DNA of 64,000 nucleotides. Source: Octopus sinensis (Eukaryota). The notes below the pieces were generated by a model. The model searched no databases, was not told the origin of the DNA, and saw nothing but the letters and a program-made list of their open reading frames with translations. The stretch spans positions 26,226,001 through 26,290,000 of the forward strand of contig NC_043013.1 in NCBI RefSeq assembly GCF_006345805.1, read 5' to 3'. The position numbers were made by a program, and so were the translations under genes. How positions within the stretch are numbered: the first letter of the stretch is position 1; each line of letters opens with the position of its first letter. Shown here piece by piece: positions 13,086-26,521 of this stretch.

Positions 13086-16000
13086 CTGCAACAAATAAGT
13101 GAGATTTTCCTAAAAATGGCAAGTCATATTGGGTAATGAAGTTCTAGATATACTATGTCAGACTAAAAAATGGGATAGTCATGACTGGATTCTTCTGATC
13201 ATGGATTATAAATCATAGATTGTAATCTTCTGTTTGATCAGAACTGAAAAGAACTAAACAACAAAATATATTATTATACAATCTTTTCCCTGTACATCCT
13301 ACATTCAAATCATGCCATGGTTAATTTTTGCCTTTGATCACTTTGTGGTTAATTAATCAATAGCAGTAATATGCTAAGATTAGAATTTATAATGAAAATA
13401 ACTCCTTATTTAGTTAAGTCTATAAGCATATATTATCTCCTTTCAACTATTGCAGTATCTTGTGCTGGAACTGTACAAGACATGCTGTCTTAGTAAATGG
13501 ATTATCTTATCAAGCAGTCATTTAAAAAATAGATTGTTGGTTGTTTTATTTATTTTATTCTATTTATTTATTTATTTTTGCTCAGATTCTATCTCCTAAA
13601 GAAATTTAAATTAACAAATAACAAACAGAAGGAACAAAAGGCTTCAACAATTGCTATTTCATTACAGACTAATATGTCCTTCATGAGAATATTGCTTGTA
13701 TATACGATAGTGCAGCAAACATACATATCAGCATTCCAGCTGCATACAGGAAACTCATATACCCTTAATTCACTCACCATTAACGTAATTATTTGCTAAT
13801 TAGTGAGGTGTATCTTCTGTTTGTTTTCAACAGTGTCACACCATTAATTAAAGCTCTTCTGGGACCAATATGTCTTGACAACTAATCAGTATTAGAAAGG
13901 GAAATAACTCAAATGGGACCATGGTCTGAATTTAGGTTATTCTGGTTGGTGGAAAGACATATTTTACGATGAAAGAAAAGAGTTAGGAGGAATTTTGGCC
14001 AGTATAATCTAAAGAATTACAAAGTATGTACTAAGAAAAATAACTCAAGTAAACCAGTATCATGAGAAGACCATGTTTTACTAATGACATCTGAAGTTGT
14101 TATACAGGTTCATCTTCCAAACTTTGTTCTAAAATTTGAATTTGTTTGTTTCTTTTCCTCTTAAAACTAGTGAAGATGTGTTGCTTGTGCCTAAGAAACA
14201 ATGGTACAACCCCTTCACAATAAAGCTGACCTTAGTCCCTATAACCACTGTATTTCTAATTATTTCTTCTCTTCATCACTTAACAGACCAATCTTATGAA
14301 TCTATGTCTATAAGAAATTCTAATATTCTCTAAATATTATTCATTCAGTCAATAATTTCATTTTGAATTTGGAGAAATATATAATTTTAAAAAGAAAATA
14401 TTTTACTAAATAATGACTGAATAAAATTTTACAGAAATTTTCCTATTAAAACTGATAATAGATTAAAAACAATAAACAACAAACCTTTTCTTCAACATTA
14501 TGTTGTAATTCTTCAACCTTCAATGCTAATTGGTCAATTCTGGAAGGAAAAAGTACAACATTAAAAGTCTTCATTAAAAGCTATGGGTGCAATTTTTTAT
14601 GAAAACCTTTAAATGAGTCAAGAACTTAAAATAGTTTGGAACATTGATAACTTCTTTTTTTTTTTTTGTTATTTAACCCCAGGTCAGCCCTGATTGAGGA
14701 ATTGTAGAGAAATGGCTCACAATAAATCAGTTTTGTACTGAATATATTTAATGATGGAATGATGCTATTATTATATATGCATTACATATCAGTCACTGTT
14801 TTCAACTGATGATTTCACTCAAGAAAACTTTTTGTGTCACAAAATTAAAAACCAATATGACGTTATAAGCAAAATTAAAATCCTTCCTATTAAATTAATT
14901 GACATTTTCCTTTTATTATTTGTCTGTATAAATAATTATACTTCTAGATCAGACAAAATATTCACAATAGAAGTATAGTGTCAATTTCTTAACACCGATA
15001 GAGTTATTTGAGGAAAAGAGTAAGGATGCAAGTGTTTGAGTAAATAGGGTATAGAACTAATGGTTAAGTGTTTGTAGTTTGTCACTGGTGTTGCATAAGT
15101 TCAAGGTTAAAACACTTAACTGGTCTTTCCTCTTAACAGTAGATACAACTCAGTGTTCTAATCAACAAGGTAAAGTATTGTGTTAATTTGGAGTGTTGAA
15201 CTGGAGAGGCTTTCTATGGGTTTCAGACTCTTTTTAAACAACTCTATCACCAAAGGTTCAACATTATTAAATGAATTCTTGAAGATAGCAACAGGGCTAT
15301 TCAAACAAGATAAATAGATAAATTTTCATACCATTATTGGGATCAAGATGTCAGTTATTATCTCATGACCTGTTATAAAGTTGAATCAAGTTAAATTTTA
15401 TAAGATGATAAATGGCTTTATCAGGCCATTGCCATAAACTCAGAAACCTTTGTGTAGTAAATGTGCTTGGTGATCCTCTCCTAGCTTTTGATTAAAAATT
15501 ATTGACATGAAGCTTGTTATTTTTAAGGAAAGGAATAAAATATGTGTGATTTTTATGCTTCAATTTCAAGGGTTATAGTGGTATGAAGAAAGTGAAATGA
15601 TTGCAATTCAATATTGTGTCATAGACTTGAAAAGATAATTTAACAAAACTCTTCAATCAAAGATAATATAACTATTAAACACCACATCTTCATTTACCTG
15701 GAATACCAAATATTTAAAATAATGTCTATTTCCAAAGACATTTTCTATTCATTCAATCTCATATAACCAATGACAAGTATCCATCTCCCTAGAAGCTGTT
15801 TGCTGATCCTAGAAGCTTTTACTAATTTTCGACTTTAGATTCTGATTTTAAATTTTGCTGCAATTAGCATTGCCCTTTATCCTCCATGATGTAAATAAAA
15901 TGTGCATTAGAAGAAAGATTGGCTCAGATTGGTGTACCCAACTGAATCATACAAAACTGGCACTAAGTTTATTCCAAAATTTCTATTAAATAGACAACAA

Positions 16001-19000
16001 AATGGCCAAATTATTAAAACATCAGAGAAAATGCCTTGTGGTATTTGTCCTGGCTCTTTACCTTCTGAGTTCAAATCCCACCAAGGTCATCTTTGCCTTT
16101 CAACATATCAGGGTCAATAAGATTAAGTACCAGTCTTATACAGGGATCAGTGGTAATGACTAATCCCCTCCCCTCTAAATTTCTAACCTTCTGAATAAAT
16201 TAGAAATTTTAATTTAAAGTGGAGAAATGGCTGAGATAGTAATATACCAAAACACATTGTTTATATTGTTTTATGCCAAACCTACTTTTCTTATTTCTAG
16301 ATTTAATAAAATGAATATCACAAATGAAATAGTATCAATTCATACATTCTTACTCCAGACTTGTAATTTTTCTTTTATTCCAAGTTTGAATTTCATTGGA
16401 ATCAACTTTATCCTTTTCTAATCAGGACTAATAAGATGCATGTAATATTCTAGAGTATATTCAGTCAACTACTTACAAGAATTCACTCTTACAAGAATTG
16501 GTTCTTTTGTCAAAGCAAAAAATTGTTCTACTGGTGAGAAAAAGATGAGCTTACCTATTGGATGACGAAATCACTTTCTCATACAAGCTATCACTGACAG
16601 ATATATCTTTCTTTGATATGTAAGAGTCGACCATCTGATCTTCCCAGAGAATTAAATGTTTGCTTCTATTAACGTCAAATTGTTTACCTGTAGAAGAAAG
16701 GTCAAGTTGAAGTTACTTATATGAACAATTGTACGTAAGTTGTATTCGCTATAGAGTACATTGATAACACATAGTTAAAATGTTAGTGGTTACAGAGTGT
16801 AGATGAACACAGATAAAGTTCTCGAGGAAATTGTAGAGTGTAGGGATAATATATAGATAAAACTTGTAATGGTAACATATAGAATGTTGCAGCTACACAG
16901 AAGATAATGTTTTAATGAATATATGTAACATCCAGATAAAGTGGTAGTAGTTATGTAATGTGGCGATAACATATAGATAATTCTGCTGTGGTTACAGAGT
17001 GTCAGGGTAAAATCTTATCATTATCAAAAGATGTGATTTTAACACACATCTACAGAGATAAAGATGTAGTTCCTATGGAGTGTATGATATTTGCCTGGAA
17101 GGAAAATTGTTATCGTGGTTGTGGTGTGTAGCAATAATGTATTGATAATGCAACAGTTAAGAAGTGAAGTTACAACACTGAAATGCAGTCATTGAGTCTT
17201 ATATGTACAATGGTAAGATATGGTCATAGAGTATAGTAGTGATCCATTGTAGGTAGTAAACACATAGATAAGAGGCCAGTGACTATGTTATATATAATAG
17301 AATTAAGAGAAAAGGGTTCACTTGCTACAAAGTGTAATGGTAATGCATTAATAAATTAAAAGATAAAGTTGTGGTAACAATGGATTATAATGATAAAGTA
17401 TAATGTTAGAGTAACTACAGTATATAGTAAGAAAACCTTGATAATTTTGTAGGCTTGAAGCAATAGCCTACTGGTAACAGTGTAGGGACTATGGAATGTA
17501 TTAGTAATACACAGATAATATTGTACTGGTTTAAGTATGTACTGCAAACACAAATATAAAAATGTAATAGCTACAGAATGTAGTGGTAACACATAGTTGA
17601 TATTGCAGTGTTCATAGAAAGGAGTAGAAACACAGAGATTTGTAGCAACAGTGGAAACAGATAAATTGATAGGTACAATGTAGTGTCAACAGGAGAAGAA
17701 CAAAACTATGTAGTGGCTACAGATTGTAGTATTACTTGCATGATTTAATTGAATAGAAAATAATTTAATGGTTAAATTGTAGTGACAATATAGTTTAGTG
17801 TGGCTTCAGTGGTTATAGTATTAGGTAGCTCTGTGGTTAAGATGCAGTGTTAGACTAGGTTAGAATCTTACTTTTCTGTCATTGGTTAGTTGTTAATTAG
17901 CTCAAAGTCAATTTTTATTGAGCAGAAGTGTGGTTAAAGACATTCATTCCATCCATGACCAGCTTATTCTGTCAAAGGTTATCTAGAACTACATTTCTTA
18001 ATGCATTTCTTTTGCTTTTTAAGACAGTGGAGTGTGATCCAAGTGCTGTTGCTATATTTAACAAATCAAGTGACCCTATAAATGATCACTCATTATGGCA
18101 CATAGCTCTGTCTTTTGTGACTCAAGAACAAACAGTAATTTAGTTGAGTATGTTAGTGACGAAAAGTGTATCTAACAGTGACTGCTGTAAAAACCCATGT
18201 AATTTATGCACTTTTTTGTTTTTTTGCACGAAATGTAAAAAAAATTTATTATAAACAAGATTATCCACCATCTTTCCAACAACCTTGGGCACTTTTTTGA
18301 ATTCCATATCTCTAACACTCATGCACATGCTTATAAAATCAAAAAACAACACAGCACCCATGACTTTCAGAAACATTTTTCATGCTCAGAATTGCTGAAG
18401 CATGGAATAAACTACCTGCATCAGTTGGTAACTGTCGAGACACTACATCATTTTTTTTTTTTAGTTGTAGTTCACCTAAGCACTGTATACAACAATTTCC
18501 TTCATTATATCATATATGCATGCTCACAATTTGTAAAATAATACTTCGGTTATTTTCCGTTACATGGAGACACACAAACACAGTCTCATACAGGTATGTG
18601 CATATATGCACACACACAGTCTCATACAGTTACATACACATACAAACACACACGACCTCATACAGTTATGTGTACACACACAAATATACTCAGTTTCATA
18701 CATTTAAATGCATGCAAGCACACACACACACACACACACACACAATCAGCATCATGTTTTTCATTTATTTATTTTTATTATTAGAATACTAACGTCAAGG
18801 GAGGGGGAGGGTATACCAAGTGGCTAAAGTAGACTCCCATTGTCAGTCTCATAAGTGAGGAGAAGGAGGGTATACCAAACGAGTAAAATGGACTGATTCG
18901 TGTCAGTCCTGCAAAATCAATTTTATTTATATAGAAGACAACACAAACACTTTATAATTTAATAGCTTTCAACGTGATACCTATTAAACAGAAATTATTT

Positions 19001-22000
19001 TTATTTAATGAAAATTTAATAAAATCTAATCATAAGTAAGTGAAATTATGCTAAATACAACTAAATTGAAAAACTTTCCCCTGGCCATATTGGCAATTCT
19101 GAAAATTTTGGGGAGCAAATTTTATGAAGAGAAGCTCTTTCTAACAATTTTTATCCTGAAAACCACCTGTGTAAATCACATAGGTGCACGGTTTACATGG
19201 GTTTTTACAGTAATACTATGTAGGTGTACAAATCTGAAAAATCTTATCTCATCATGATAACAGAGTTAAAAGATACAGAAAAGATACTTACTAAATACAG
19301 AGCGTTTTTGATATGCATTTCTTGTTTTCTTATGTAGATAGTGACAAAATTGGTAAATGTTACTGAGCAGTATAAAAGGTGGAGGCAAAGGGGGACGTAC
19401 AGAAAACTCATAGATAAGCTCATATCTTTGGAAGGACCAGTGGTGATAACTCCTTTCCTGCACCTTTTGAAAACTAAAGCTAAAATACAAATCAGTAAAC
19501 ATTACAGAGTATATATATAATTTGAAGTTAGTTGCTCGTAAATCAGAGGCAAAATTATATTCACTATAAACAACTGAGTGGATAAATTTTATATTGTCAA
19601 ACAATATATTACTGGTTGTGGCATATAACTATATACTAATCAAAACATCACCATTGGTTTCACATTAAATATTGCCACAAGAAAATACCCATGTCACTCC
19701 AGACATACTAGCTTGTGGACAAGCATGAATGAAGACACATCAACATTGTCTAGTGGTACTAGTAAAAGTGAAACGAACTGTAACTGTCTGACCAGTTAAT
19801 GTGCTATAACCAGTGATTTGTTACTTCATGACATTAAGGCGCTCATGTGTGTGTGTGTGTGTGTGCAAATACATATTCGCCTAACATCATGTTCTGAAGC
19901 ATACATATATTGAGTTCTACACCTAGTTATTAATCTTACTATGCCTAAGTAAAATATTAAAATACATACATAATAAAAAGTATGGGGTTTAGTTCACAGG
20001 TGATCTAAACAATTAGGTACGCTGGATTACTAGGGCTCCAAGGTTTTAGCCAAAACAGTAGTTATGGAGCCATTGCAGATACCTATATAGCAGATATATT
20101 ATTGTTAAAAAGAACAAAAAACATTAAGGCAGGGCAAACATCTCAAGTCATATACAATATTATTATTATTGGAAAAAATGCATTTACTAAGATCTGTAGA
20201 ATTAGCCTTTTTTCTATACATGAATGAATAAGAACGAATAAGAATCTGCACAGACATGACAGAAGTAAATAGACATCGTTAAAATCGTTCAAATTTATTT
20301 AAATCTGAAGTTATATGTTTAAATTATGTATTAATTTTTATAATGTGAACATTTAATATTTAGTACACATGCCCCTTGCATTTTTCAATGCAAGGACCCT
20401 ATTGGGCATGTTAATGATCAGATGACAAATATTCTCTCGAGGAATTCCTTGCCAAGTTTCATGCAGTAATCTCAAAAGATCTGGCTTTGAAGATGCTTTC
20501 TTGTTCTTTTTATGAAGTCTCCTGTCCATTGTAACCCAGAAGTATTCAATAGGGTTCATATATGGTGACTGGCTAAACCATGGAAGCTTTTTAACGTGAT
20601 TCTCATCCAACAAATCTTGGGTCATTTTAGCCGTGTGACAAGGAGCCACTTCTTCAATAAAGAGTCTTTTCTAATCATTTCAGCACTGGAGAAGATTGAA
20701 AGGAATCCTTTCTGCAATATGGACATATATTTATCTGAGTTTATGTTTCTCTCACATCCACCAGCTCTGATTGACCATTGCTCCAAATTGCTCCTCAAAC
20801 CATCACAGAATAGCTGCCATGTTTCATTGTTGGCTGCAATCTTTTCACATCAAATTCTTGATCACAGAGTCTCCAAACCCATATTCAACCTCTGTCAGAA
20901 AATACAGCAAATCTGGACTCATTGGAGAATATGACAGTGTCCCAAAATGCTAGTGGTCTCTCCGCCATCTCACTGGCCCAATCTTTTCCCTGCTTGATTT
21001 CGCTGGTCAAAGAAGAGGCTTCCTTCTTGCTGCTCTGCCATAGTAACCAAGTTAATGGAGATGCTTGGTAGCTGTTCTGGGACTGACATCAACATGTTCT
21101 ACTATGGCACAAGCTTTGCAACAAGGATTATCCTCCATGTTTCTCTTAACAAAGAGAAGGTACCTGTCAGAGAGCCCTGGTCAACCAGGGTGAGGTGATG
21201 TGGTCTCCTTCCCCTCTCTGGTGAATTGCACAACCACTTTATTAACTGTAGGAAATAGAATCCCAAGATTTTCTGTGATTTTACACTATGCCCACCTTCA
21301 GATTGACCCACAATATGGTCTCTTTGAAATTCAGACAGTTCCAAGGCTTCTTTTGTAGATAGCATGATTAAACAGTTACATATAGAATCTGAAACAAAAA
21401 TGCCAATTAATCAAAAATATAAACTTTTTACAAGTTAGAATAAACATAAAACGATGTTTTATGGAGTGTCTATTTACTTCTGTTATATCAGTGTACATTT
21501 CCAAATTTGTCTTCAGTCAAACATTTAGCCACTCAAATGAAGGACTGATTAAACTTGCATATTCAAATGTGCATCATTTGAGTCATGCCAGTCTATTTTA
21601 AATGCATGCAAGCTATATCTTCATTCTATACGTTTTTCTAATAAACTCTGTAAATAACATACCAAATTCAATAAATAATATCGCATTTGGATTACTGTGA
21701 TAATAACTGGGCAATTTAGTTAACCAGATTCAGTTTCTGCAGAGTGCTTAAAGAGGTAGTCACCTGGATTTATTTAATCCTTGTATATGTCATCTTGCTG
21801 TAACCAAAGCACCATGAAGGTAAATGATTGTCTCCCTTTGGTTTTGGCTATTGGTTTCCAGCTGTGGTGCCAGAAAATTAGAAAATTCCTTCTGGCTTTT
21901 TGGAATCTGCATGGCGACACCAACAGCTAGAAACCAAAGGGCAACAATCATTTACCTTCATGGTGCTTTGGTAACTGCAAGACAGCAGTACAGTCGTAGA

Positions 22001-22607
22001 TCGATGGACAATGGCAAAGAGAGATAATCACGTAGGATTTCATCCTTAAAAACGAGGCTTTCTTCCTCCATATTTTAAAGAGGTCTCAGGCCAGCAGTGT
22101 TTGGGGTCTGCAGATATGGTGTAAGGCTAAACCCTTTATGAGCAAGAAACCCAGGGTAACCCCGTAAACCGGCCTACACCCACTATGATATATATACATA
22201 TATATATATATATAACTAGTGTAGGATAAAATTTTTTTCGCCCAAAAAATTTTATCAATGGCCAGCATATCAAAAAATACCTTTAACGGTTAAATTTATA
22301 AATAAATTTACAAGATAAGGGCAAAAGAAAAATTCTAATGCCAAATATGCCGAAAAAAAGACAATAATTGTCAATAAATCATTATAATTTATGCGTCTCG
22401 AAACAAACCGATAGAAATCTCTAAAAAATTCGTTATACTGTATTGGTCCAATTTCGGGGTTAATTCGTAAGAAATTTTCCCCTCTTCAGCGGCAAATATG
22501 TGGTTTGTTTCGAGACGCATAAATTATAATGGTTTATTGACAATTATTGTCTTTTTTTCGGCATATTTGGCATTAGAATTTTTCTTTTGCCCTTATCTTG
22601 TAAATTA

Positions 22608-22653
<46 letters not shown>

Positions 22654-25600
22654 CTGACAGGCAGACAGAGGTAGATATGTGATTGTGTGTGTATGTGAGC
22701 ATGTCTTAAGAGTATGTCTTTGTGTCTGTGTTTGTACTGCTTCCCCTCCACTTGATGATCAGTTTTGATTTGTTAATATCCCTATAACTTAGTAGTTCAG
22801 CAATAGAGACTGATAGAAAAATAACAAACTTAAAACATTAGTATTAGGGTCAATGAATTCAATTAAAACCCTTCAATGTCACGGCATAGCCACAGTCCAA
22901 AGGCTGAACCAAAAGATAAAAAATAACAATGAAAGCCAACTATTTAATAAAACACACACACACACACACATACACACACATACACACACACTCACAAGCA
23001 TGCACAAACACATACACACATACACTCGCACACAAAAACGCACAAACACGCATATATGCATGCATTCTCATGCATTCTCATATATGTAATGGAAAAATTC
23101 TTACCTAAACATAGCAATAAGTAAATTTAGAAGCAAAATATGCACTATCAAGATATATAAACACATCAGAATTGGTGCTATGTACATAATAAGATTTGAT
23201 TTGATATTTTCTGCAAGAAAAGAAAAGAAATTTGTCTCAGCAATTATAATGATACTGGTTGCAAATTTTAACACAAAGCCAACAATTTGGGAGACTTATT
23301 TATCAACCCCAAAAAGATAAAAGGCAAAGAACATCTCAGCAGAATTTTAACTCAGGAGGCAAAGACAAATGAAATGCATTTTGCCTAGCATACTAACAAT
23401 TCTGCCAACTTGCCAATTTAACAATTATGATAATATTGGTTGCAAGTTTTGGCACAAAGCCAGCAATTTTGAGGGAGAGGCTAATCAATAGTATCGACTC
23501 CAGTGTTCTTTCTACTGTTGCTTATTTTATTGACACTGAAAGGATGAAACACAAAATCAAACTCAGAAGAATTTGAACTCAGCATGCAAAGACAGATGAA
23601 ATGCCATAAAGCATTTTACCAAACGTGCTAACAATTCTACCCACTCACTGCCCTTGTAATTATAATAATACTGAAATATAATCTTAAATATATACTTAAC
23701 AAGTGCTACTCTGGTTGAGCTTCTGACAAGATCAGTTTGTGAAATTTAAACAAACTACTGTACTTTTGCATGAATTCTTTAATTCAGAAAATTAGTATTA
23801 TTATTCCCTCATTATTGCTATTATTCTTTTTCAAATACTGGATGAGATATTTTCTTGAAATACTATGACAATCTGCCTTTGGTTCTTGCTTTAACAGCAG
23901 TCAGGAGATATAGAATAAAACAGGCTTCTTCTCAAATGGAACAAAACAATGACACTACAATAGGGTGGTATCAACTATTTTATTTAAAGTATGAACAAAA
24001 ATAGAAATTACATGTTAAACTTTGATGGGGCACATGAATAGCTTTCACATAAATTTTGTATAGTTGAGTGACTTCACTTTATATAGCTCATTATGTTATT
24101 GATCATAGACAGATGAAAAACTAAATACTTTTAGAACTAAGTTCAAAAGTTTTGTTAATTCATTCCACTAACATACAAAATATATTGTCATTATAAATAG
24201 ATGTAATCCATTTATTTGTCAAATCAGCAAATGAAAGTGAAAAATACATCAAAATTTGTTTACCTTCATATTCTTCAAGAAAAAGTTCTCCATACATGTG
24301 GAAATATGCCTTTCTAAACACGGCTTTAAATAAATCATATGAGACAGGTGTACTTGGATAGAGAATTGATTGAGTAGAAATGCCAAAAGCAATCATGAAA
24401 ACAAGCAGAATTACGATAAAATATCCAAGGTCTTGTATCTGAAAGATAAATAATTTTGTTGTTAAGTAGAAATAATTGATCATTTGTTAATATAATGGAT
24501 ACAGCTAATATTAGAAGATAATTAAGTATGAAGTTAAAAGGTATTCCCTTGAAAGTGAGGTTTAATCAGAATTTGGTTAATTTATTTGTAGTGGCTATAA
24601 TAAGGAGTACCTCAGGTTTTATGATAGTTTTTTTTCTATAAAAACATTTTAGCAAAACTAAGTTTGTGAATTTTCTTGTGAAGTTACTTGGCTATACTTG
24701 GTGCACAATACTAAAGAAAAAACAAATTTAAAATTGCTCTGATCTCTCCATCTTGTTTTTAATTTCATACTTTAGCTTATTAACTAAATAAACACTTATA
24801 AAATTATAAATGAATTAGCTTTTAGTAAATAAAAATTTACAATTGAAAAGATGAACTAAGAAAGAGGAAATGCATCTCTGATAATATGCAAGCATAACCT
24901 ACTGACTCTTGAGATATTTCTTCTCATATAAAATATGGAAACATGGATCTCTAGTATTTCAATATTCAATAGACAGTTATCAAGAGTTAGAATTCTAATT
25001 ATAATATGGCACAATTGTATCTCTCAGTTACTATGAAGTCAAAAGTTAGTTAAAATTTATTATAGCCAAACTAAAATTAGATAATAAAATAAAATGACTG
25101 ACCAAACAAGGGTGATACATCACCTTAAAAGACAAGACCACAAGAAAATTTCACAATAAGTCACAAAAACAGACTGATATTTCTTGTGAAGCAAAGTTTG
25201 GGTGTAAGCTAGTGGTCATATTCTAAATACCATAAAGGAGAAAATCAGGAAAGTCATCAACTTGCAGCATTGAAATAATAATACCAATGCTATACTTGAG
25301 TGGTTCAACAACATCGAGATATCTGATATTGCATAAATTCTATCTGTTTGAAGTAGTCTCACCAGGATATTGTAATTCAGAAACAAATACAAAGCTATTA
25401 ATGACAATGGTATCAAAATAATAATGTATGCTACGAAATCTCTAGTTTCAACAATAACACTATATGGTTGAAAACAGCAATGGCCCACCTGATGAATAAT
25501 GCATTCAGCTCACATGTTTCAGCTCTATCCTTTGTGAGCTGAGTGGATTATTCATCCCAGACAAAAAAAGAAAATAGAAATTTAAAACCTTGGATAAAGG

Positions 25601-26471
25601 ACTACACAGAGATAATGGCCGTTGAGATTTGCATCACACATATAAGTATACAGTTGCCACATAGAGGAAACATTTAGATCACATATTCAAGGAGTCTGGC
25701 CTTAATATCTGTCACCACAAAAGTAAGCAGTTTCCTCAAAATATTGGAAATGAATGACATTCATTTATAAACATTTCAGAGCGTCTGTGTATCAATCTGA
25801 AGACAGTGATAAAAATCAAGCAACATGGTGTTTGAAACAATCACTAGTGATGGCAAAGTAATGCCTTGATTCATCTTCCCATGGACCTTGAACTCAACAC
25901 AGAGGCTTACATCATTGCTTGGAGGAGATAGTACTGCCCTGAGTCACGAGGGTGGCTGTTGGAAGACACTGTGTCTGGAAACAGGACTCTGTGCCATACT
26001 ACACAAGCAGGAGAACCCAGTCATGGATCTCAGACAATTTCTGTGACCAGATCACCCATAGCATTTGGTCACCTAACTCCTCAGACTGTGACCCCATTGA
26101 TTATTATGTGTGGAGCACAGTTAAGCGAGAGACCTACAAAATTCTTTGTTACACCAAAGAGGTGCTGAAGGCAAGGATTATGGTAGCATTCACCAACATA
26201 AAGAAAAAGACTGTTGCAGGAGATTCCGAAGTTGACTGGAGGTCTTGGTTGAAATACTCTTTGATATTTCAAGATATTTTTATGAAATTTTGGTAAATAT
26301 ATCTGTTGTTGTTGTTGTTCAGGTCACCGCCTGCAATTGAACTCAGAATCTTGCAGTTAGTAGCCCACGCTCTTAAACACTATGTCATATGCCCACGGGT
26401 ATATAGTGTAGTGGTTAAGAGCGCAGGTTACTAACCCTAAGATTCCAAGTTCAATTCCAGGCAGTGACCTG

Positions 26472-26521
<50 letters not shown>

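Noticed and set aside
16720-17850. CRISPR-like or coding repeat array
   Set aside because: Eukaryotic intron, degenerate units with no constant repeat and unique spacers, and no long ORF
26398-26470. tRNA gene with an apparent ACT anticodon
   Set aside because: Stems are imperfect, it sits in a palindrome and recurs with variation at about 48385-48460, so it is repeat-derived rather than a functional tRNA
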